Shown in pieces: positions 45,842-53,472 of a stretch of 60,922 nucleotides of DNA (positions are counted from its first letter, which is position 1; each line of letters opens with the position of its first letter). Both the position numbers and the translations under genes were made by a program. Origin of the DNA: Patescibacteria group bacterium. GTDB taxonomy: Bacteria > Patescibacteriota > Patescibacteriia > Buchananbacterales > UBA6539. The stretch covers positions 1 to 60,922 of the forward strand of contig JAVEXP010000004.1 of assembly GCA_034003985.1 (NCBI GenBank), given 5' to 3'. The notes beneath the pieces are model-generated. The model had not been told where the DNA came from. It saw only the letters and a list, made by a program, of their open reading frames with translations, and ran no database searches.

Positions 45842-48800
45842 TTAGCTTTTTGACTTAGTCTTCTTTTTTTTATCTGCGCCTTTTCCATCTTTGATTTCTT
45901 CCGCTTCGGCCTCGACCTTTTCTTCTGCTGGCGCAGTTTCAATTTGTTCACCATCATCATCTTCACCCTCATCATTGTCACGGGCAGGATGATGTTTGGT
46001 CTTGATCAATTCAATATTCAAACCCAAACCATTGAGTTCTCGCAATAAAACATTAAACGATTCGGGAATATTCAATTTTCTGATTTGTTCACCTTTAATA
46101 ATGGATTCATAAGCTTTGGATCGGCCCGCGACATCATCGGATTTAATAGTCAAAATTTCTTGCAAAATATTGGCCGCGCCGTAAGCTTCCAGCGCCCAGA
46201 CTTCCATTTCGCCAAACCGCTGACCGCCAAACTGAGCTTTACCGCCCAATGGCTGCTGGGTAATCAACGAGTAAGGACCAATGCTGCGCTGGTGGATTTT
46301 GTCTTCCACCATGTGATTCAATTTCAACATATAAATCTGGCCAACGGTTACCGGCTGTTCAAAAGCCTCGCCGGTGCGACCGTCGTACATCGCCATCTTG
46401 CCGTCCGATGAATAACCTGCTCGTTCTAATTCTGATTTAATAATCTCTTCGGGCACCCCGTCCAAAACCGGCGTACTGACTTTATAGCCCAACTTCTTGG
46501 CCGCCAAACCCAAATGGGTTTCCAAAATTTGTCCCAAGTTCATCCGGGAAACCACGCCCAAAGGGCTCAGAATAATGTCTACAGGAGCGCCATCGGCCAT
46601 AAACGGCATATCTTCCACTGGCAAAACAATTGAGACCACACCTTTGTTACCGTGGCGGCCGGCCATTTTGTCACCGACTTGAATCTTGCGCAAATTGGCA
46701 ATTGAAACCTGATACATTTTAATCACTCCGGAAGAAAGCTTATCGCCGTTTTCACGGGAAAAAACTTTAATGTCAACCACTTTGCCTTTTTCACCATGTT
46801 CCAAATACAACGAACTGTCTCTGACATCCCGGGCTTTCTCGCCAAAAATCGCGCGCAGCAATTTTTCTTCGGCGCTCAGCTCGGTTTCGCCTTTCGGGGT
46901 AATCTTACCAACCAAAATATCACCGGAAGAAACCGAAGCGCCGATTCGAACCACGCCTTCGGCGTCCAAATCCTTTAATTTTTCCTCACCAATGTTGGGA
47001 ATATCAGAAGTCACAACTTCCGGTCCCAATTTGGTATCACGGACTTCAACTTGAAAGTCTTCAATATAAATAGAAGTGTATGAATCTTTTTGGACCAATC
47101 TTTCAGAAATGATAATCGCGTCTTCATAATTATAGCCTTCCCAAGCCATGAAAGCGCATAAAATATTTTGACCCAAAGCCAACTCGCCGTGATCGGTTGA
47201 AGGGCCATCGGCCAACACATCACCTTTTTTGACTTCCTGACCCAGAGTGACAATCGGTCGTTGATTAATGCAAGTTGAAGCGTTGGAGCGGACGAACTTA
47301 TTCAAACGGTAATCTTTTTCCTGACCGTTATTTTGTAAAACCGTAACTCGATTACCCTGGACTTTGGAAATCTTGCCGTCGGCTTGGGACAAAATTACAT
47401 GTCCCGAATCTCGGGCGGCTTTGGCTTCCAAACCGGTTCCGACAATCGGCGAAGACGGGGTAATACACGGTACGGATTGGCGTTGCATGTTTGAGCCCAT
47501 CAGCGCCCGAACCGCATCGTCGTGCTCCAAAAACGGGATCAAGGAAGTGGCCACGCTGACAATCTGGTTTGGCGCCACATCCATGTAATCAATATTGTCC
47601 ACATGCTCAATTTCCGGTTCACCGTATTTGCGAACTTCAGCCCGAGGTACCAAGAAATAACCCTGGGCGTCAATTGGCGTAGTCGCGGCGGTAGTAATTG
47701 AATTTTCGCTTTGAAAAGCGGTCAAATAAATAACTTCTTTGGTCACTCGCGGTTTAACGGCAATGGTTTTGATATTGGTATATTTTTCCAAATCCTTGGC
47801 CAATTTTGCAGAAATTTCCGTCTCGGCCTTGACAATTACTTTTTGGGAAGTTGGATCCAGCACATCCTCGCGCAAAATTTCGCCTTCGGTTTCCGTCGCT
47901 TTATTGGCGACATCATGCTTCACTTTGCGGTAAGGCGTTTCAATAAATCCATATTCGTTAATCTTGGCGTAGCAGGACAAATGGCCGACCAAACCGATAT
48001 TTGGTCCTTCTGGTGTAGCAATCGGACAAATTCGGCCGTAGTGGGTCGGATGAACATCACGAACATCAAAACCGGCGCGTTCCCGGGAAAGACCCCCCGG
48101 GCCCATGGCCGACAAGCGTCGTTTATGTTCTAACTCAGCTAACGGATTGGTTTGATCCATAAACTGCGACAACTGAGAAGACATAAAAAATTCTTTGACC
48201 GCGCCAATCACCGGCCGAGCGTTGATCAAACGATTCGGCGTAATTTCAGCAATATCCAAAGTGCTCATCCGGTCTTTGGCAATTCTTTCCATTCTGGCTA
48301 AACCGATGCGGAATTTATTCTGGACCAATTCCCCAATCGCCCGAACCCGGCGGTTGCCCAAGTGATCAATGTCGTCAGGATCTTTTTGGGAAATATTCAA
48401 CTTGATTATTTCTTTCATTACCAAGATTAAATCTTCCACTCTCAACACCCGGTTTTCTTTGATGTTTAAAACATCTTGGTTAAAGCGCTGATTAATCTTA
48501 TATCGGCCGACTTTGCCAAAATCATAACGGTCAAAATTGAAAAACATCGCATAGATTAATGACTTGGCATTGTCAGTAGTCGCCAAATCACCGGGCCGAA
48601 TCCTCTTATAAACTTCCAGTAAAGCTTCACTCTCGTTATCGGCCGGATCTTTAGCTAAAGTATTTTGAATAAAAGAAATTTCCGGATGAGTGTCCACATC
48701 CTTGAATAATTCCAAAATCTCTTCGTCGCTGTTGTGGCCGAAAGCGCGCAACAAAGCAGTAGCGGCGATTTTTCTTTTTCGGTCAATTTTTACCCAGATG

Positions 48801-49318
48801 ACATCGTTCAAATCAGTTTCAAATTCCAACCAAGAACCGCGGTTAGGAATAATTTTGGCGCCATAATGACGGCGTTCACCGTAAACTTCGGAAGTAAAAA
48901 ATATCCCCGCCGATCTGATCAGCTGGGAAACCACGACTCTTTCGATGCCGTTGATAATAAAAGTTCCTCGATCGGTCATCAATGGAAAATCGCCGAGGTA
49001 TACCTCTTGTTCAATGGCTTTATTGGTTTTTTTGTTGCTGAGTTTGACATTAACCCGCAACGGAGATTCGTAACTTAAATTCTTGGCTTTACTTGTTACT
49101 TCGTCAAATTTTGGCTCATCCAAATAATATTTACCGAAATGAAGTTCAAAATCACGGCCGATAAAATCCTGAATGGGCGAAATTTCTTCAAACAATTCCG
49201 CTAAGCCATTTTCCAGAAACCAGCGATAAGAATCTTTCTGGACCTCGATCAAGTCCGGCATTGGTACGGCGGCCTTAATATCGGTAAACAACTTACGAGT
49301 TTGGTTTTGTAAAGCCAT
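45842..49318 (-). CDS. rpoB: DNA-directed RNA polymerase subunit beta
   Basis: 1158 aa with GRHGNKGV, FGGQRFGEMEVWALEAYGA and an acidic/lysine-rich C-terminal tail. Confidence 0.95.
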   Translation of the reverse strand: MALQNQTRKLFTDIKAAVPMPDLIEVQKDSYRWFLENGLAELFEEISPIQDFIGRDFELHFGKYYLDEPKFDEVTSKAKNLSYESPLRVNVKLSNKKTNKAIEQEVYLGDFPLMTDRGTFIINGIERVVVSQLIRSAGIFFTSEVYGERRHYGAKIIPNRGSWLEFETDLNDVIWVKIDRKRKIAATALLRAFGHNSDEEILELFKDVDTHPEISFIQNTLAKDPADNESEALLEVYKRIRPGDLATTDNAKSLIYAMFFNFDRYDFGKVGRYKINQRFNQDVLNIKENRVLRVEDLILVMKEIIKLNISQKDPDDIDHLGNRRVRAIGELVQNKFRIGLARMERIAKDRMSTLDIAEITPNRLINARPVIGAVKEFFMSSQLSQFMDQTNPLAELEHKRRLSAMGPGGLSRERAGFDVRDVHPTHYGRICPIATPEGPNIGLVGHLSCYAKINEYGFIETPYRKVKHDVANKATETEGEILREDVLDPTSQKVIVKAETEISAKLAKDLEKYTNIKTIAVKPRVTKEVIYLTAFQSENSITTAATTPIDAQGYFLVPRAEVRKYGEPEIEHVDNIDYMDVAPNQIVSVATSLIPFLEHDDAVRALMGSNMQRQSVPCITPSSPIVGTGLEAKAARDSGHVILSQADGKISKVQGNRVTVLQNNGQEKDYRLNKFVRSNASTCINQRPIVTLGQEVKKGDVLADGPSTDHGELALGQNILCAFMAWEGYNYEDAIIISERLVQKDSYTSIYIEDFQVEVRDTKLGPEVVTSDIPNIGEEKLKDLDAEGVVRIGASVSSGDILVGKITPKGETELSAEEKLLRAIFGEKARDVRDSSLYLEHGEKGKVVDIKVFSRENGDKLSSGVIKMYQVSIANLRKIQVGDKMAGRHGNKGVVSIVLPVEDMPFMADGAPVDIILSPLGVVSRMNLGQILETHLGLAAKKLGYKVSTPVLDGVPEEIIKSELERAGYSSDGKMAMYDGRTGEAFEQPVTVGQIYMLKLNHMVEDKIHQRSIGPYSLITQQPLGGKAQFGGQRFGEMEVWALEAYGAANILQEILTIKSDDVAGRSKAYESIIKGEQIRKLNIPESFNVLLRELNGLGLNIELIKTKHHPARDNDEGEDDDGEQIETAPAEEKVEAEAEEIKDGKGADKKKKTKSKS

Positions 49319-49520
49319 AGTTTAGAATATGAGTTAACAAGCGGTAGACAACAAAAAGTCCTCCCACCCAAAAAAATATTCTTGGATGCGAGTTTTCTTT
49401 TTATTTATCACTTCCAAATTTTGGAAAAAAATAAGCCCACTACTTGCTTTTTAAAATAATAATGCGCTGGTTCGATGATAGCGGGTGATACTTACAAACC
49501 TAAGTGAATTTAACTTAACA

Positions 49521-49549
49521 ATATTAACAAAAATCAAAAACTTTGTCAA
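49521..49549 (-). promoter_or_regulatory. Candidate rpoBC promoter
   Basis: The minus strand reads TTGACA, 17 nt, TAATAT. It would give a ~200-nt AT-rich leader before the rpoB ATG at 49318. Confidence 0.4.
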
Positions 49550-49615
49550 ATCCTCGCCCCGATTGACTCTTGGAAATAATAATTTACTAATTTTAGCCAA
49601 AAATATCAAAAAAAA

Positions 49616-49873
49616 TTAAAAATTAAATTTTGGTGGTTTAGATTTTGGTAATTTTTGTCTAATTTGAGGCAAATTTTGATTAACTATGGTTGGCTGGGAA
49701 TTACTTGATGATTTTTTTGAATTTCTAATGGTCTGCCAAGCGCTATCGGTTGCCAAGGCAACAGCCGCGCCAACCAATATCCAGCCAACTGGATTACCAA
49801 AAACATAAGAAATACCAAAACCAACGCCCCCGCCGATAATAAAGGCTAAAACCAAACGAGAAGTGTAATCCAT
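49616..49873 (-). CDS. Small membrane protein (85 aa), hypothetical
   Basis: Two Gly-rich hydrophobic helices (LVLAFIIGGGVGFGISYVF and VGWILVGAAVALA) and a basic tail. Confidence 0.4.
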   Translation of the reverse strand: MDYTSRLVLAFIIGGGVGFGISYVFGNPVGWILVGAAVALATDSAWQTIRNSKKSSSNSQPTIVNQNLPQIRQKLPKSKPPKFNF

Positions 49874-49879
49874 AAAATT

Positions 49880-51199
49880 CTAATTAATTATTTTAACCAG
49901 CTCCTCCCGAACCACTTTGCGGTCATCCCAAAGAATTTTTTTGTTATTTTTTACTACAATCGCCTGTTCCGAGCCTTTACCGGTAATTAGCACCAAATCA
50001 TTCGGACCGGCCAAACTGAGAGCTTTGGCAATCGCTGAACGCCGATCCATTATTTTAAATAAATCATGATTCAATTTTTTACCAGCCTGTCTGGCACCGA
50101 AGGCGACCTGATCAATAATTTTTTTTGGATCTTCATCGTAAGGATCTTCGTTGGCAACAATCACATAATCGGCGTTACTACCCGCCAAAATGCCCAGCTT
50201 CGGCCGCCGCGAAGTATCACGACCGCCGCCGGTCGAACCCAAAATATGAATGATTTTACGGTGGTCAACATTTTTGACTACTTCATACAAAGCTTCAACG
50301 GCCTTGGGTTCGTAAGCGTAATCAACAACCACCTTAAACTTCTGGCCCTCGTCAATAAATTCAATTCTTCCCGGAACGCCGTAGATTGTTTCCAAGCTTT
50401 TAGCCATCGCACTTAAACTCAAACCCTGAGACATCCCTACCGTTAGGGCGGCTAAAATATTTTCCACATTATGCCGTCCCAACAATCTGGTCTGAAACGG
50501 ATTATGATTAATTTGAAAGTTGCTGCCCTGGCCCAACAGTTCAATCTCTTCGGCCCTAACCACCTTGGCTTCATCGCTTGAGCTGTTTCCTAAAGTATAG
50601 CCAAACTTGACTTCCGCCCAATGATTCAAAAAATCCTTGCTATGTTCACTGTCTAAATTGGCGATAATCGTCTTGATGATTTTTTTTCCGGCAATTAATT
50701 TTGGCGTTTCCGTTTTGAGTTTACCAAACAGTTTAAGTTTGGCTCGCTTATAATTTTCAAATCCGCCGTGTGCTTCAATGTGTTCGGGCCATAAATTGGT
50801 AAACAATAAAACATCAAAATTTATCCCTAAATGACGAAATTGTTCAATTCCCTGGGAAGTCACTTCCACTACCGCATATTGGCAATTGGCTTTAACCATC
50901 ATTTTTAACAGGCGCTGCAAGGCAAACCGGCCAATCATCGTCATCTTGCGATCATTTATTTTTTCCCATTTGTCCACCTTGAATAAAATGGTTGAAGCCG
51001 ACCCGACCCGGAAACCGGCTTTCTCTAATAATTTACTGATCAAATAAACAACTGTTGATTTGCCCGAGGTTCCCGTAACTCCGATGACAATCAATTTATC
51101 CGACGGATTGCGATAAACAACATTAGCTAAAATCGCCAAAGTATAATGATAAAGCTGCAGACACTTTTTGGGAATAAATTTTTTTATTAACGCCAGCAT
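49880..51199 (-). CDS. Mur ligase family protein (MurE-like, short N-terminus)
   Basis: 439 aa with the ATP-binding motif GVTGTSGKST and FTNLWPEHIEAHG. The middle and C-terminal Mur ligase domains are present. Confidence 0.75.
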   Translation of the reverse strand: MLALIKKFIPKKCLQLYHYTLAILANVVYRNPSDKLIVIGVTGTSGKSTVVYLISKLLEKAGFRVGSASTILFKVDKWEKINDRKMTMIGRFALQRLLKMMVKANCQYAVVEVTSQGIEQFRHLGINFDVLLFTNLWPEHIEAHGGFENYKRAKLKLFGKLKTETPKLIAGKKIIKTIIANLDSEHSKDFLNHWAEVKFGYTLGNSSSDEAKVVRAEEIELLGQGSNFQINHNPFQTRLLGRHNVENILAALTVGMSQGLSLSAMAKSLETIYGVPGRIEFIDEGQKFKVVVDYAYEPKAVEALYEVVKNVDHRKIIHILGSTGGGRDTSRRPKLGILAGSNADYVIVANEDPYDEDPKKIIDQVAFGARQAGKKLNHDLFKIMDRRSAIAKALSLAGPNDLVLITGKGSEQAIVVKNNKKILWDDRKVVREELVKIIN

Positions 51200-51200
51200 T

Positions 51201-51803
51201 TTATTTCTGTCCTAAAATTTTTAAGGCTTCACGCAAAATCTTTCCGGGATCATCAATTTTACCGTCTACTTGTGTTAAAGCTTTCTTAGCTTCACTGGCT
51301 GAATAGCCAAAACTCACCAAGGCATCAAAGGCATCTTGATTAGTGCCATTTGAACCAGCATCTCCCTTGTCTTTAGATCTGAAGGTTAAACTTTCAACCT
51401 TGCCTTTCAAAGCAACGATTATTTTTTCCGCGGTCTTCTGTCCTAATCCTGACATTTTGGTCAGCACTTCCGGATTATTATCAAAAATCGCCTGCTGAAC
51501 TTCGGCCATTGTGGTCTTGCCTAAAATCGTCATCGCCGACTTTGGTCCAATCCCCGGAACTTCCAATAGCAAAGTAAAAAAAGTTTTGTCGGCCGGATCC
51601 AAAAAGCCATACAAATCCATAGCGTTTTCCGAAACCGCCAAATAAGTATAAACCGTCACCGATTGACCTTCGCTGAGTTTTTTCAAATTACTGGCGGGTG
51701 TATAAATTTTATAGCCCACCCCACCGACATCAATCACAAAATAAGAGTCTTTGCGTAACTCGGAAGTTTGGTAAGTAATCAGGCCATGAAGTGAAGCAAT
51801 CAT
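51201..51803 (-). CDS. ruvA: Holliday junction DNA helicase RuvA
   Basis: 200 aa with MIASLHG.I....... at the N-terminus, helix-hairpin-helix motifs (VPGIGPKSA and LGQKTAEKI) and a C-terminal domain III. Confidence 0.9.
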   Translation of the reverse strand: MIASLHGLITYQTSELRKDSYFVIDVGGVGYKIYTPASNLKKLSEGQSVTVYTYLAVSENAMDLYGFLDPADKTFFTLLLEVPGIGPKSAMTILGKTTMAEVQQAIFDNNPEVLTKMSGLGQKTAEKIIVALKGKVESLTFRSKDKGDAGSNGTNQDAFDALVSFGYSASEAKKALTQVDGKIDDPGKILREALKILGQK

Positions 51804-51950
51804 AATATCAACAATACTAAATTAAACCAATTAAATTGTCTGAAGCATACCCAAATTTTACCGCAAAAACCACTTTTTTAAAAGGGCAAAACAGTATTTT
51901 GCTAAATCGGCAAGCTTGTCAAAACACCAATGCTAATTTAAAATGTGACT

Positions 51951-52179
51951 AAGCCTGTTTTGATCAAGCCGGAGGAAATCGGGGATCTGCCGTTTACTAG
52001 CATCAAAGATGCGGGATGGGCGTGAACCCATCGGGAATCAGAGCAAGATGGAGCCCGACAGCAATGGCTTAATCAAGGACGGGATAACGATAAAACCCAA
52101 CGAGGTACAGGAGACCATACTCCCTTTCACACGACGACCCCACTAGAATGCCAGCCTGATTCCCCTGGCATCTTTTTTT
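51951..52179 (+). ncRNA. Structured GC-rich RNA of unknown class (about 230 nt) with its own promoter and terminator
   Basis: Promoter TTGTCA (51916-21), 17 nt, TAAAAT (51939-44). Terminator ATGCCAG-N10-CTGGCAT followed by CTTTTTTT (52148-52179). Nested helices: TTGATCAAGCC (51960-70) with GGCTTAATCAA (52067-77), CATC-AAA-GATG, and GATGGG-CGTGAA-CCCATC. There is no downstream same-strand gene. Confidence 0.55.
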
Positions 52180-52222
52180 ATGCCGGATTGACAAAATCAA
52201 AGAAATAATCTAAGGTGCCAAT

Positions 52223-52398
52223 ACCACGGATCGGGCAATGCCTGGAGGGTCGGTTGATCACTCGACGCTGAATTCCACGCAGCGTTCTTTCACCCCAACC
52301 GACGACGGTTGAACCAGGCCTCAACCTCTATTGCCCTTCCGTTTCCGGGTGCGGGGGACCTGCGGCTGACATCTCGTCCCCCCACCCCTTTTCTTTAT
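52223..52398 (+). ncRNA. Second structured GC-rich RNA of unknown class (about 175 nt), rod-like fold plus terminator
   Basis: Promoter TTGACA (52188-93), 17 nt, TAAGGT (52211-16). The nested helices are ACGGA..GGGCAAT/ATTGCCC.TCCGT, GCCTGG/CCAGGC, GTCGGTTG/CAACCGAC and an apical ACGCTG-N9-CAGCGT. The 12-bp terminator stem GGGTG(C)GGGGGAC/GTCCCCCCACCC is followed by CTTTTCTTTATT. Confidence 0.5.
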
Positions 52399-52414
52399 TC
52401 CAAAAATCTTTCAA

Positions 52415-52450
52415 TTAAAAAACTCCGCCTAACTAAGGCGGAGTTTTTGG
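52415..52450. terminator. Bidirectional intrinsic terminator
   Basis: AAAAAACTCCGCC-TAACTAA-GGCGGAGTTTTT, directly after the stop codon of the minus-strand NIF3-like gene. Confidence 0.7.
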
Positions 52451-52456
52451 AAAAAA

Positions 52457-53458
52457 TTATTTTTTTCTTCGGGATTTTGGCTTAGCTGTTTTTCTCGGTT
52501 TAGCCGCTGCGCTGCGTTTCTTATTTCGACTGATTCTAATCAGACCAGAAATCGGAATAATTTCAATGCCTCGTTTCTCTAATTCGTCAAGTAACAAATT
52601 GACTCCCAAAGAATCAGATGACATATGCCCGGCAATTACTACATTGATATGATGTTTCTGGGCTTCCTTCTTTCGTTCTTCATCCATATGCATCCCGACA
52701 ATCGTACCGATTCCCGCCTGAGCCATACGCTCATAAATTCCCACCGCACCTTCCGTCCCGCCAGTAATTTCGGTTAAAACCAACTTACCGACATAATTAT
52801 CGGGATGGCCGGCAAACAAAGTTGGTCCGGATTTCTGCTTTATCGCTTCCTGGTATTCTTCAATTTCCTTCAAAGATTTAATCACATCACCGACAAATTC
52901 CGGCTTAGCCTTTTTAAAAACTTTGTCCAAAAAACTAGCCGCCATATTATCACAAGGAGTATGAGAACACATTAAACCAATTCCCATTAATTTTGCAGCA
53001 TCTACTGTGCGATAATGATTAATTGGTGATATTCCCCTAGCTACTTCCGAAATCCGCTTTTTGGTCAGACCTTCGGCAATATTAATCGGTACACCGTAAC
53101 CGGCCAGTACCTCGGCCTGCAGATGCATTACATCTCCCAAATCAGCCAAAGCATGACCAAAAGGATGATGGCCAATGATTAAATCAACGCCCAACTCTTT
53201 GGCGATTAAAATTTCGGCCGGACCAATGTCGATACCCGACATCACTTTTTTGATTTCTCGGCCATGATCAACAAACACCCGGCTGTCGGCATAAGGATTG
53301 GTCAATCGTTCCTTGTCGAATTCGCGCTTCTGCTCCGCGCCCATTCGTTCGTACTTGTCTTTTAATCGCGCCAAGTTCTTCTTGACTCTGGCAACCCCGC
53401 GCAAATCATTTTCGATTCCCAGCTTGATTGCCAATTCGTAAATTTCTTGAATTTTCAT
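52457..53458 (-). CDS. NIF3-family dinuclear-metal-centre protein (GTP cyclohydrolase I type 2 homolog) with a Lys/Arg-rich tail
   Basis: 333 aa with DLIIGHHPF, GHMSSD and the C-terminal tail KKRSAAAKPRKTAKPKSRRKK. Confidence 0.7.
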   Translation of the reverse strand: MKIQEIYELAIKLGIENDLRGVARVKKNLARLKDKYERMGAEQKREFDKERLTNPYADSRVFVDHGREIKKVMSGIDIGPAEILIAKELGVDLIIGHHPFGHALADLGDVMHLQAEVLAGYGVPINIAEGLTKKRISEVARGISPINHYRTVDAAKLMGIGLMCSHTPCDNMAASFLDKVFKKAKPEFVGDVIKSLKEIEEYQEAIKQKSGPTLFAGHPDNYVGKLVLTEITGGTEGAVGIYERMAQAGIGTIVGMHMDEERKKEAQKHHINVVIAGHMSSDSLGVNLLLDELEKRGIEIIPISGLIRISRNKKRSAAAKPRKTAKPKSRRKK

Positions 53459-53472
53459 ATCATTAACTAAAA

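Noticed and set aside
51971-52075. RNase P RNA identity for RNA 1, based on CR-I-like GGAGGAAAUCGGGG and CR-V-like ACAGCAAUGGCUUAAUC.
   Set aside because: - The two strings are only ~75 nt apart.
- No specificity-domain motifs (GGUAAGAGC-type) are visible.
- GGCUU pairs with an AAGCC upstream of the GGAGGAAA string rather than reproducing the P2-P3-P4 geometry.
- I kept it as an open question inside the RNA 1 finding rather than making an annotation.
52108-52116. A B12-box-like CAGGAGACC, suggesting a cobalamin riboswitch.
   Set aside because: Other cobalamin core motifs (GCCACUG, GGUG..AA.UCC) are absent or misplaced, and there is no downstream plus-strand gene to regulate.
51951-52398. tmRNA or SRP RNA identity for either of the two RNAs.
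   Set aside because: I found no GGGG...UUCGA tRNA-like domain, no T-loop and no Ala-rich tag frame, which argues against tmRNA. I found no GGAAGCAGCC-type helix-8 motif or GNRA-capped SRP hairpin, which argues against SRP RNA.
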